A program made the translations under genes and the position numbers. This document shows, one piece after another, positions 9,836 through 19,502 of a stretch of DNA of 64,000 bases. The stretch's first letter is position 1; the number at the start of each line of letters is the position of its first letter. This DNA comes from Blastocatellia bacterium (GTDB lineage: Bacteria; Acidobacteriota; Blastocatellia; UBA7656): NCBI GenBank assembly GCA_963765495.1, contig CAVXWP010000009.1, forward strand, positions 128,001-192,000. The letters run 5' to 3'. A model generated the notes under the pieces. The model did no database searches. It had not been told where the DNA came from and was given only the letters and a program-made list of their open reading frames with translations.

Positions 9836-11650
9836 ATGATGATTGCAAGGTTCCGTACTTTGAACCCAATATCTCTTTTGATGATACTCATTCTCACCTG
9901 CTCGCTTGCATTTGCGGACCCAGCCGGTCAGAAATCGCGAAAGCGAACCACAAGCAAAGCGAAAGTCACATCGAAGAAGAGCTCTGCTCGAGTTTCAAAA
10001 TCCAAATCAAGCTCCCGTTCTTCCAAATCAACGACGGCGCGCAAGCGAGGGTCGAAAAAGAGCACTCGCGCGCAGGCAAAACGCGGAAGGCGAGGCCGAT
10101 GGCGAAGCCGAACCGCCGCCGCTCCTTCTTATCACCGCACCGGAATACACGATTATCTGACAGGCGTGTGGGCTAGCGCGCAGGCTACGCCTTCCGGCAA
10201 GGCTCAATCGGGACAGGAAGTGACAAACGTCTCCATGACTGGCGTACCGGTTCAGCCCAATCAGAGCGCCCCACTTACAAATCTTCAACAGGCTAACGCG
10301 ACAACCGACTCTCCTTCACAATCGGAAGACGCTACGACCGATCCGATACTGCTGAATCCGATACTTGCCGCCTATTCCGACAGCCTGGCCGTGCGCGGAT
10401 TCAACGCTGAGACTCAAGGGTTTATTGTCGAGACGATGGACGGACAGGTCCTTGCCGAATACAATGCCGACCGTCCGTTCAACCCTGCTTCGGTCACCAA
10501 GATAGCGACATCGCTGGCAGTAATCTCGAAGCTCGGACCCGATTTCAAGTTCCGCACATCGCTTTATACAGACGGCCTGCTGGACGCGGAAACCGGGACG
10601 CTTCACGGCTCGCTCTATGTGATAGGGAGCGGCGATCCCTCGTTCTTTTACGAAAACGCCATGTTGATTGCAGACAAACTCAATCGCAACGGCATACATA
10701 AGATCGAGGGAAACCTGGTAGTGCTGGGGCAATTTTACTTCAATTTCTCATCTTCTCGCGAATCGTCGGCACGCGCCTTTCGCGCTACTCTGGATTCCAA
10801 TGCCTGGACGAGCGGCGCAAAGGCCGCTTATGCCAGATTTCTTTCGATGCGCGCCGCCGAAGAACGACTGAACGCAGCGGCTAATAACACGCGGCCCGCA
10901 AACTGGCCGACCGCGCCTCCCTCGCTCGAAATCACGGGCGAAACCATCACGGACCCGGCCATAAACACTACCAACTTGAAATTGCTTGCCGTGCACACAT
11001 CGCTGCCGCTTGTGAATGTGCTCAAGGGGCTTAACGATTTCTCGAATAACTGGATGGCCGCGATAATCGGCAACATGGTAGGCGGCCCTACTGCGGTCGA
11101 AAGATTCCTGAAGACCGAATTGGGGCTCAAGGACGAAGAGTGCGGGCTTGTCTCATCCTCCGGGCTCGGCACGAATTATATCTCGCCGCGCGGGACCGTT
11201 CAGATGATACGCAAGCTGTCGGTTTATCTCCAAAAATACAACCTGGGTCTGGAAGACATCCTCCCGGTCGCGGGGATTGATAACGGCACTCTCAAGAGGC
11301 GGTTTACAGATGCCTATCGCGGTTCGGTTGTAGGAAAGACGGGGACACTTTCGGGAGTGAGCGCGCTGGCAGGCATAGCTCACACGCGGGCAAAGGGGCC
11401 TGTATTTTTTGTGATCTTCAATCGGGGCGGGGCGCCCGCCTCGTTCCGCGCCGCTCAGGATGAAACGATAAAGAAATTGATCACCCTGTTTGGAGGACCG
11501 GCTCCGATTCGCTACCAGCCTTTATCGGGTCCGTACGTTTCAAGACGCGGTACGGTCGAAACTCCAAAGGAGAGCGATCAGACGGCCACATCTTTGACCG
11601 ATAAAAAGTCTGAGACGGATGAGGACTCGACGGAAGGCAATCAGTACTAA
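9836..11650 (+). CDS. dacB: D-Ala-D-Ala carboxypeptidase/endopeptidase (peptidase S13, PBP4-like) with basic low-complexity N-terminus
   Basis: FNPASVTK (SxxK), GSGDP, SNN (SxN), GKTGTL (KTG); signal peptide. Confidence 0.88.
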   Translation: MMIARFRTLNPISLLMILILTCSLAFADPAGQKSRKRTTSKAKVTSKKSSARVSKSKSSSRSSKSTTARKRGSKKSTRAQAKRGRRGRWRSRTAAAPSYHRTGIHDYLTGVWASAQATPSGKAQSGQEVTNVSMTGVPVQPNQSAPLTNLQQANATTDSPSQSEDATTDPILLNPILAAYSDSLAVRGFNAETQGFIVETMDGQVLAEYNADRPFNPASVTKIATSLAVISKLGPDFKFRTSLYTDGLLDAETGTLHGSLYVIGSGDPSFFYENAMLIADKLNRNGIHKIEGNLVVLGQFYFNFSSSRESSARAFRATLDSNAWTSGAKAAYARFLSMRAAEERLNAAANNTRPANWPTAPPSLEITGETITDPAINTTNLKLLAVHTSLPLVNVLKGLNDFSNNWMAAIIGNMVGGPTAVERFLKTELGLKDEECGLVSSSGLGTNYISPRGTVQMIRKLSVYLQKYNLGLEDILPVAGIDNGTLKRRFTDAYRGSVVGKTGTLSGVSALAGIAHTRAKGPVFFVIFNRGGAPASFRAAQDETIKKLITLFGGPAPIRYQPLSGPYVSRRGTVETPKESDQTATSLTDKKSETDEDSTEGNQY

Positions 11651-11725
11651 AGCAGATACGGATTGGAGACCGGCCACAAGTCATCACCAATCATAAATCT
11701 GTGATGACTTGTGGCTGCCTTGTAT

Positions 11726-11935
11726 ATGAAAGCAAAGCTCGATATATCAAAGGCGCACAGATGGCTGATCGTCTGGAGCGCCTTTCTAATAATTCTCGCC
11801 TGGATACTATCTCGAATCCATATGCAGGAAAGAATCACGCTTCTGACGGGAGCGATTGAAGTGGTGCTGGCTATTGCTACGGGGATCGCCTTTGGAATCC
11901 TCTCTGCCCGGCGTGACGAACGATCAGATACTTGA
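11726..11935 (+). CDS. Small two-TM membrane protein
   Basis: Two hydrophobic stretches; fills the gap in operon orientation. Confidence 0.45.
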   Translation: MKAKLDISKAHRWLIVWSAFLIILAWILSRIHMQERITLLTGAIEVVLAIATGIAFGILSARRDERSDT

Positions 11936-12133
11936 AGCATTATTCGCCTTCCTCTTTTCCCAAACGCTTTTTCCGAGGCTTGCTTTTTAAGAGTTGTCAA
12001 AAGATAATTCCGGGCAAATAATGGGCCGGACAACCGAGAGGTCATGTGCAAAGGTAGCGGCGCGTCTGGTGTTTCGCGAAAGGCCTCCGGCACGGGTTTC
12101 AATTTAGTGATAGCACTGTTCGGTATAAATATT

Positions 12134-12613
12134 ATGTCAGGCATCTGGTACATCTGGTTGATACTCGGCGCACTGTTTATCGTGGCCGAAATATTCACAA
12201 GCGGCTTTGTGCTTTTATGGTTTGGCGTAGGGGCGATTGTGGCGGCGATGCTTGCGCTGACCGGGCTATTCGGACTGCCCCTTCAGATAGTCGTATTCCT
12301 TGCCGTTTCAATCGCTTTGACCATAGCGAGCCGGACCATTTTCGAAAAGGTATTTATGCGCAGTTCGCCGGGGCGAGAACTCAAGACAGGCATGGATTCG
12401 CTGCCCGGTCAGCTTGGACTTGTAGTCTCTTCGTCGCTCGGTCCCTCGCGTGAAGGCGCGGTCCGTGTGTTCGGGTCAACCTGGCGGGCTTTCCCTGCCG
12501 AAGGAGAAGATCCTTTGACCGAAGGTGAGCAGGTGCGAGTAGACAGGATCGAAGGTGCATCCATCTACGTCAGACGAGTTGATCACGAACCGTCGTGGCG
12601 GCAGTTGAAATAG
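12134..12613 (+). CDS. NfeD-family membrane protein
   Basis: WLILGALFIVAEIF..GFVLLWFG, GAVRVFGSTWRA OB fold; lies upstream of an SPFH gene. Confidence 0.9.
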   Translation: MSGIWYIWLILGALFIVAEIFTSGFVLLWFGVGAIVAAMLALTGLFGLPLQIVVFLAVSIALTIASRTIFEKVFMRSSPGRELKTGMDSLPGQLGLVVSSSLGPSREGAVRVFGSTWRAFPAEGEDPLTEGEQVRVDRIEGASIYVRRVDHEPSWRQLK

Positions 12614-12614
12614 G

Positions 12615-12729
12615 GATACGCGATGCGTGATCCGTGATCCGTGATCGTTATGATTAAGAGTAGTAGTAACCTTATATCCTGAATCACGTATCACGAATCA
12701 CGTATCACCTATCATCTATCACGTATCAC
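12615..12729. repeat. Inverted heptamer array (CGTGATC/ATCACGT)
   Basis: gcgtgatccgtgatccgtgatc ... atcacgtatcacgaatcacgtatcacc. Confidence 0.8.
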
Positions 12730-12746
12730 AAAAAGGAGCATTGAAA

Positions 12747-13772
12747 ATGGATCAATTCGCATTATTGGTTCTGGCAGTCATAGCCCTGGTCGTGCTGATC
12801 ACGGCGGTGAAATCTTTTCGCGTAGTGGGTCAGGCATCCGTATTGATCATCGAGCGGCTGGGCAAGTTTCACAAGATGGCGACCAGCGGCCTCAATATCA
12901 TCCTGCCGTTTGTAGATAAGCCGAGGTCCGTTTACTGGAGCGGAACAAGGATGGGCCAGTCAACTCTGGATTTGCGCGAACAGTTGCTCGATTTCCCGCC
13001 TCAACCCGTCATCACTCGCGATAACGTTACAGTAGGCATTGACTCGGTTCTCTATTATCAGATCACCGATCCGATAAAGGCCGTTTACGAGGTGGCGGAC
13101 CTTACGGGGTCGATCATGCAATTGACGATAACCTCGATGCGTTCGATCATCGGCGACCTCGACCTCGATCATACATTCACATCGCGAGACATCATCAACA
13201 GCAAACTCCGCACGGTGCTTGATGAGGCAACCGACAGGTGGGGGGTAAAGGTCACTCGCGTCGAGATACGCAACATACATCCGCCCGAAGACGTGCGGGT
13301 GACGATGGAAAAACAGATGACCGCCGAACGAACCCGGCGCGCGCTCATCCTCCAGGCCGACGGCGAAAAGCTAGCCGCTATCGCCCGCGCCGAGGGTGAG
13401 AAGCAGGCCGCCATAGCCCGCGCCGAGGGTGAGAAGGAATCATCCATCCTGCGAGCGGAAGGACACGCTCAGGCGCGTCTGCGTTCGGCCCAGGCCGAAG
13501 GCCAGGCCATTCGCCAGATCGCCGATTCCATAATCGCGGGGCAGGGTAACCCGGCCCAGTACCTGCTTGTGCAACGCTACATAGATTCACTCAGCCAGAT
13601 GGCCGCAAGCAACAACTCGAAAGTCATCTTCATGCCGGTAGAGACGAGCGCCGTGCTTTCATCCGTTGGAGCATTGAAAGAAGTATTCGGCGAGACGGGT
13701 GCTGCCTCCGGCGAGAGGCGGGACTCAAGAGATCCTACCACACTGCCGCTTGGCCATTATCCGGGCAGGTGA
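12747..13772 (+). CDS. SPFH/stomatin-like protein (QmcA/paraslipin family)
   Basis: IERLGKF, VITRDNV, WGVKVTRVEI, QMTAER and AEGEK repeats. Confidence 0.93.
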   Translation: MDQFALLVLAVIALVVLITAVKSFRVVGQASVLIIERLGKFHKMATSGLNIILPFVDKPRSVYWSGTRMGQSTLDLREQLLDFPPQPVITRDNVTVGIDSVLYYQITDPIKAVYEVADLTGSIMQLTITSMRSIIGDLDLDHTFTSRDIINSKLRTVLDEATDRWGVKVTRVEIRNIHPPEDVRVTMEKQMTAERTRRALILQADGEKLAAIARAEGEKQAAIARAEGEKESSILRAEGHAQARLRSAQAEGQAIRQIADSIIAGQGNPAQYLLVQRYIDSLSQMAASNNSKVIFMPVETSAVLSSVGALKEVFGETGAASGERRDSRDPTTLPLGHYPGR

Positions 13773-13853
13773 GCGATACAAGAAGGTGGTTGATACAAGT
13801 ATCGGGACTGTTGCAAAGCCCTGGCGATGGCGCTGCTTTGCAACAGTCTTTCT

Positions 13854-14228
13854 TTATTCTTCATCCGCCGTAAAAGCAGTTCCTTCTTCGCTTTCGAAAT
13901 AGGCTCTGTACAAAGCGCGGGCAAATTCGATTTGCCGACTGTCAACCAGAAGTCGAAGCTCGCCGCCAAATGCCAGATGCGGCAGCAGGGAAAGCGAATG
14001 ACCTCCCTGTATCGCCACGGCCACTCCATTTTGTTCGAGCATCTGTTTGATCAGCATCGCAACCGGATAGATGGATGGACGGCACAACTCCACAAAATCT
14101 AAGGGTCGGCTCTCGTCTCGAAGCGCCTCGTCCTTGAGCGTGCTCGACACAAGTCCACAGCCACAACTCGGACACAAATCCAGGAGCGACTGGAATTCTC
14201 CTGCACAGATTGGACACAGCATCAACAT
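13854..14228 (-). CDS. Zinc ribbon plus DUF2007-like signal-transducing domain protein
   Basis: CPIC..CPSC then AMLIKQMLEQNGV...LRLLVDS..IEFARAL. Confidence 0.7.
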   Translation of the reverse strand: MLMLCPICAGEFQSLLDLCPSCGCGLVSSTLKDEALRDESRPLDFVELCRPSIYPVAMLIKQMLEQNGVAVAIQGGHSLSLLPHLAFGGELRLLVDSRQIEFARALYRAYFESEEGTAFTADEE

Positions 14229-14276
14229 AGATATGGAATTTATCTCAGTTGTTAGAGTCGAGTCTACCCGCATTGG

Positions 14277-14396
14277 TCAGGCCGGGCCGGGAACGGGGCT
14301 GTCTGTGCCGGGGACAGGCTCGTCCGGCATCGGCAGAGGCTCGTCCGGGTGCGGGTGCGGATGCGGCTCAGGTTTCGGGTCTCGGGGTCTGCTCAT
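14277..14396 (-). CDS. 39-aa Pro/His-rich micro-protein (not in the ORF track)
   Basis: MSRPRDPKPEPHPHPHPDEPLPMPDEPVPGTDSPVPGPA* preceded by AAAGGA RBS-like sequence. Confidence 0.45.
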   Translation of the reverse strand: MSRPRDPKPEPHPHPHPDEPLPMPDEPVPGTDSPVPGPA

Positions 14397-14483
14397 ATAG
14401 GGTTTCCTTTACCAGATTTAATCGCTCGTAATTTAGCGAGAGATGACGAAAAAGGGATCTGTTCAGCAAGGGAGAAAAATCGC

Positions 14484-14549
14484 CGCCGCAGACACTGAAA
14501 CACAGAGTTTTTATAATTTTTTCTCTGTGGCTGCGGTGACTGCGTGGCT
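14484..14549. repeat. Inverted nonamer-type element
   Basis: gccgcagacactgaaacacagag ... ctctgtggctgcggtgactgcgtggc. Confidence 0.6.
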
Positions 14550-17127
14550 ACTGCCCCCGTGTATCTTCTCCCCCGGGCTGGTCGAGCCGACGTGACCTGG
14601 CCGAGCCGTATTCTATCAGCCAGTCAATGTCATTCTTCATGCGCCGAGCCCAGGTATAAATATTACGCACGGCTTCCGTCTGATCGGATGACAGTTTGCC
14701 GTAAGTGCCTTGCTCAAGGAGTTCAGAAATGCCAAGCACGGATTGAAGCGAAGATTCGAGTTCGCGCCCGGCATTCACTATAAATTCGCTCTTGAGCCGA
14801 TTGATCTCAAGCAATTGTTGAGCGGAGCGCCGGACGCGAGCCTCGTCTTCCATCAACCGATTGCGCTCGGCCTCCCAGCCTTCGGGTTCGCTACGGGTCG
14901 CTGCTATATGGCCTACATCGCTTATCATCACAAGGTAATTGCCGGTCTCACCCCGGCTATTGCGCATAGGCGAAACCGAGACGCTTACTGGCACCCCTTC
15001 CGATTGATCGGCAGACGAATCAGCCTCTGCGCCCTGATTTGTATGGCTACTCAACCGTCCCTCGAAATGAGCCGGGTTCCGGGAGGAGATTACGCGGTGC
15101 CACAGCGAGGCATCCTGCATGGCAAGCGATTCTATAGCCCCGGCAGGCTGACCGAGATGTCTGCCCTGAAGGCCGAGCCAGTCATGGGCCACAGAGTTGA
15201 AAAAGTTCAAACGCCCTTCCCTGTCAAATCCTATCAATGCGTTCGGCAGCGCGTTTATGACTCCCTGCGCTCGCTCGCTCGATTCCCCGGCACGCCGCGC
15301 CTGTTCGCGTCCTGCCTCAAGCGCCCTGACGCCCGCAAGCGACAGGGACAACTGGCGAGAAACCCTGTCGGCAAACTCTACCTCTTCGAGTTGCCACTGC
15401 CTTTTGCGGTCACACTGGTGCAAATAAACGATGGCCTGTATCTCTCCATCCTGTCTTATTGGCACTGCCATCTCAGAACGAACCTGTAGCGTTTCCACCA
15501 CATCGTTTTCCATCAACGAACGCACCTCGGAATCATTGATGGCAAGAGGCTCGCTGCCCGCAACGGCCGAGGAGAGGCGGCGGCTCATCTCCTGATTGAA
15601 AACGATACCGGAAGCGGGTTTCACATCGTGGGCGAGGTATTCGTGTTTGACGGGCGCGGGTCGTCGCCCCTCATCAAACTCGACCACTATTGCCCGCGAG
15701 ACTCCGAGAGCATGACCCAGTACCTCGACAGCCGCCTCCATCACCTCGTCAGGCGTTTGCAGTTGCTGCATTGCCTCAGACACCCCGAGATAGGCGCTCT
15801 CGACCCTGAGCTTACTTCCCTGTGCATCGGTCACCTTCAGCAACTCTGCGATCACGGATGCCGCCCGTTCGAGCGCGGCCAAATCGTCCCGGGTCCAGGA
15901 ACGATTTTTGGTCGTGTGGGCCTCGACTACACCCAGAGTGTGCCCCTCGGCGATGATCGGCACTCCCAGATAAGAGGTGATGCCGCTCTCTTTCGCTTCG
16001 CGCGGAAAGAGGCATCGAGGATCAGAGGGCGCATCATCAAGCGCGAGCGGCTGCCCCGATTCGGCTATACTGCCCGCGAGCCCCTGCCCTCTTGGCAAGG
16101 GCAGGAATTCCGACGAGCGAAGACCGTATGCAGCAGCCATCTTGAGCATTGACTCCTCGTCTTCGACCCTCCACAAAGCCGCGCTGTCGGCGCCTACAAG
16201 CGCCGACACCTCACGCATTACCGCCTGGAGCGGAGCGTGATCATTGAGAGCCGAGATCACCGATTGATCAAAACTGTTTACACGCGAAAGGCGCTCATCT
16301 ATAGAATCGAGCGCGTTGGTCTCGCCTGAAAGTTCAAGGGCAACGGCCAGCTTATTACCCAGTCGGGCAATTGCATCACCGTAGCTGCCCAGCGATTCTA
16401 CCCCTAGGCTCTCTCTTGCCCGGGCAACTATCAACCCGGACCAGTTGAAAGACCCGCGCCACGGCCATACCACTATATTGCCAAACTCGCGTACATCCGG
16501 GAGCGCGGGCTCGACCTTTTTCAGGGTCGCCTCTGGAGGCTCGCCGCCTTCCGTAGTCTGGTTTACGGCCTGATCCGATATCTGATCTGGAGGGGTCTCG
16601 GCAATGTCGGGAAGGGGTCCGGTGTCGGGGACTCTCTCAAATGCATCAGGCCCGACCAGCAATCCCAATCCCGTCATCACTCTGGGATGAACAAATTCCT
16701 GCATTACCGAAGCGGGCAACGAATTCGGCATACTCGACGCGCCAAAGCCCTGCTGCCCCTCTTCGGAGACTTGAGCGCCGCTCAGCAAGTTTGTGAGTTT
16801 GTCCCCATCATCGCGGCCCGCGTATATCGCAAGGGTTGTCATGAAGAGATAATCACGCAAGAGAGCTTCAATATCATCGGCCACTTTTGACGGGTCCTTG
16901 AGATGTGGCGTATGATCGGCTGCGACGGCAAACTGTTGCTCTCGCTCCATTGCGACAAGCCGCCCGCGAATATCGGCCTCGCGCTTATTTCGATTCCTGC
17001 TAAACAACCAGAGTAAGAACAGAAGGATCAGAATCAGCACAACTCCGCCGGCGGCCGCTGCAATCCAAAAGACCGTCTGCTGGAGCCCCATAATCTGAAA
17101 AGTTGGATAGATCAGTTCGTGCAGCAT
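14548..17127 (-). CDS. Membrane-anchored multi-GAF/PAS sensor with degenerate HisKA helix and no HATPase domain
   Basis: N-terminal TM, two clear GAF domains, PAS, then NRLKSEFIVNAGRELESSLQSVLG and an early stop. Confidence 0.8.
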   Translation of the reverse strand: MLHELIYPTFQIMGLQQTVFWIAAAAGGVVLILILLFLLWLFSRNRNKREADIRGRLVAMEREQQFAVAADHTPHLKDPSKVADDIEALLRDYLFMTTLAIYAGRDDGDKLTNLLSGAQVSEEGQQGFGASSMPNSLPASVMQEFVHPRVMTGLGLLVGPDAFERVPDTGPLPDIAETPPDQISDQAVNQTTEGGEPPEATLKKVEPALPDVREFGNIVVWPWRGSFNWSGLIVARARESLGVESLGSYGDAIARLGNKLAVALELSGETNALDSIDERLSRVNSFDQSVISALNDHAPLQAVMREVSALVGADSAALWRVEDEESMLKMAAAYGLRSSEFLPLPRGQGLAGSIAESGQPLALDDAPSDPRCLFPREAKESGITSYLGVPIIAEGHTLGVVEAHTTKNRSWTRDDLAALERAASVIAELLKVTDAQGSKLRVESAYLGVSEAMQQLQTPDEVMEAAVEVLGHALGVSRAIVVEFDEGRRPAPVKHEYLAHDVKPASGIVFNQEMSRRLSSAVAGSEPLAINDSEVRSLMENDVVETLQVRSEMAVPIRQDGEIQAIVYLHQCDRKRQWQLEEVEFADRVSRQLSLSLAGVRALEAGREQARRAGESSERAQGVINALPNALIGFDREGRLNFFNSVAHDWLGLQGRHLGQPAGAIESLAMQDASLWHRVISSRNPAHFEGRLSSHTNQGAEADSSADQSEGVPVSVSVSPMRNSRGETGNYLVMISDVGHIAATRSEPEGWEAERNRLMEDEARVRRSAQQLLEINRLKSEFIVNAGRELESSLQSVLGISELLEQGTYGKLSSDQTEAVRNIYTWARRMKNDIDWLIEYGSARSRRLDQPGGEDTRGQ

Positions 17128-17634
17128 GGTTTCCCCTCTTTACTTGGACAGACTGAATATCAGTCTAACTCGATTACTTTCCTGCTCTGCACGCGGAGGC
17201 TGGCAGCATAAGCAAATTTTTTGCCTTGAAGGCGCGCGAAAAGTCTAGTCGCAAAGGCGACGTAAACGCAACGCAAATATTACGCTGACACGTGTTATTT
17301 TCCGCATCCGCGCCTGATCCTCTTCCCTCCCGGGCTGTTTTAAAATAGCCCGGGCGCGGGCATAAATGATTAATATTTGAGAGTTTTGTGATACAATGCG
17401 CGGGTCACACGGCCTCATTTATCCTGAGCCGTCACAGTTGCCCGGGTGTCAAATTATAGCTGTTTTAATCTTGTCGCAACCCTAAGAAGCAGTGAGTATG
17501 ATCGAATCTCATGCTTAAAGGAAAAGTGCGAGACCCATAAATCGCGCAATCTGCCGCCGTGACAGTTGCTAAACGTAATCGTGATGATCTGTTTTTCGCG
17601 TTGAGAGGGCGAGAGCAGAGCCGGAAAAGCAACT

Positions 17635-18687
17635 ATGCAGACAGCCGCACACACAGGCAAATTTCTCATGGGTGAATACTCCCAGGCGGAGGTTGCCGGT
17701 CTGGAAAATCCGGGCCTCCGGGGTGAACTGCCTCGTTACGCCTTCCTGAAACGGCTGGCTCACTCCGCCGGTTCGCGTCAGTTCTTTGTCGAAATAGCCG
17801 ATAAATTCACCCGCCTCGCCGAATCGGCCTACAACCGACGCGATATAAATATGCTTGGGGAGGTGAGCCGGGTTTTGATGAACCTGCCTCTTGAGGCCGC
17901 GCGGCAGACAGGTCTGTTTTATCACTCTCTCGTCATCAAGCGAAGCGGACGCGAGGATGAGGCACTATCTCTGCTCGAAAGGGTGGCCGATAACGGACCA
18001 CCCGTTTACCGCGCACGAGCTATTCAATCGCTCGGCGTATTTTTTTACAAAAAAAAGAAAGATGCGCGTGAAGCGATCAGATTTCACATCGAAGCCTTAA
18101 AGGCAGCAAGAACCCGTCAGGGGACCGATTTGCTGACTGCCTTGATGGCGCACATGAATGTTTCGATGTACAGAGGTCTGGAAGGCGATCATCAAAGCGC
18201 GTTGGATTATCTGGAAAACCTCTGGCCGCTCGTGCGGCTCGTGATAAGACAACACCCTCTATTCTTCTATAATTTCCACAATGAACTCGCGGTTGAATAC
18301 AACCATCTCGGACGTTTCGCCGAGGCCGAGGCAGCCTGTAAAATCGCCCTTAAGTGTCCATACGCCTCGGCTTATCCCGAATGGATTGAAACCCGCCAGG
18401 AAATCGCCGCGAAAAAGGAGGCGTCGCTTACCCATCTGCCCGGCTCCGGTCGCGCGGCTGAAATCGCTTTCACGCCTCAACCCGAACCGGAACCGGAATC
18501 ATCTCCGGCCTGCGCGGTCAAGCCTGGTCGATTCGTTGTCCTGATCGAATTTCTTTATACATCAACCCGCGCGCGGTCGAGCGGCACCGTAACCATTTCG
18601 AATGCGATGTCTGGACCGATACTCGACCGGGTACGAACATTGGCTCGACCGCGCGCCCCACCTTCAAATTCTTCGATGAACCTCTGA
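17635..18687 (+). CDS. TPR-like helical repeat protein with C-terminal RAPP motif
   Basis: Helical repeats (EALSLLERV, EAIRFHIEAL, AEAEAACKIAL), low-complexity linker, ends ARPRAPPSNSSMNL. Confidence 0.7.
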   Translation: MQTAAHTGKFLMGEYSQAEVAGLENPGLRGELPRYAFLKRLAHSAGSRQFFVEIADKFTRLAESAYNRRDINMLGEVSRVLMNLPLEAARQTGLFYHSLVIKRSGREDEALSLLERVADNGPPVYRARAIQSLGVFFYKKKKDAREAIRFHIEALKAARTRQGTDLLTALMAHMNVSMYRGLEGDHQSALDYLENLWPLVRLVIRQHPLFFYNFHNELAVEYNHLGRFAEAEAACKIALKCPYASAYPEWIETRQEIAAKKEASLTHLPGSGRAAEIAFTPQPEPEPESSPACAVKPGRFVVLIEFLYTSTRARSSGTVTISNAMSGPILDRVRTLARPRAPPSNSSMNL

Positions 18688-18894
18688 ATCTCTAAAACAT
18701 ATGTCTGCGAGACGGACCGGGGTATTGTGTATCGGTCTGTCTTGCCTAGCTGCGCATGCGCGCGCTCTTGTGGATTGGCTCCCCCGGAGCTATTTCCGTA
18801 TGAGTGCAATGGTAGGGTTGTCCCTTTCGAGCCCCCGATCTGTTGCACACGAGCGGAATGCGATCCAGGCGCGCACCTGTGTCGGAGTGTGGCT

Positions 18895-19335
18895 ATGAGT
18901 ATGCTTGAAAGAAAAGTAAAAAGAGCAAATGAGTCATCGAATATCGAGTTTTTTCATCAAGGTTATCTGATCCCTGAAAGCGAAATCCGCAAATTTATCG
19001 AACGGCTGCAAATTAATGAGATCAACACGGTGGCCTCACGATTGCAGGCCGTAGCCGATCTGACCAGCCGGTCTACCGACGGAAGGCTCGCCACATCCTG
19101 CGTGCAACGCATAAAGCGTACGGCAAGAGAGAGCAAGAACAAACAATATCAGAAGCTTATGCAGGCGATAATTTCTGCTGTTGAACAGGGTCCGGCCGGT
19201 ATACACGCGGCCAATCAGACGGCGAACCGCGCCGTCGAGATAGCCTTCAACTGGACCTATGAATACATGGTCGCTTTCGGCCAGTATAAAAAGAGCCTGA
19301 GGCAGATGAAAGATAGGGTCATTGACATCATGTAA
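18895..19335 (+). CDS. Hypothetical helical protein
   Basis: GGAG RBS before ATG at 18895; no recognisable motif. Confidence 0.55.
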   Translation: MSMLERKVKRANESSNIEFFHQGYLIPESEIRKFIERLQINEINTVASRLQAVADLTSRSTDGRLATSCVQRIKRTARESKNKQYQKLMQAIISAVEQGPAGIHAANQTANRAVEIAFNWTYEYMVAFGQYKKSLRQMKDRVIDIM

Positions 19336-19502
19336 GACCTGAGAAGACCGCGTCGAACTTGCTTTTTTAAACCAGAGCACAGTCCTCCCTGTTGCTTGCG
19401 CCTGTCGCAGTCGGATTGTACAATGCGGCAGGCCGCAGGGGAACAGGGTTCAACACTGTTTTCAAACACAAATCTCGACCGTAACCGTCAGGAGGAATAG
19501 CC

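Noticed and set aside
17329-17354. Palindrome CCCGGGCTGTTTTAAAATAGCCCGGG between divergent genes
   Set aside because: Single occurrence with no U-tract; it cannot be assigned as an operator or terminator from sequence alone.
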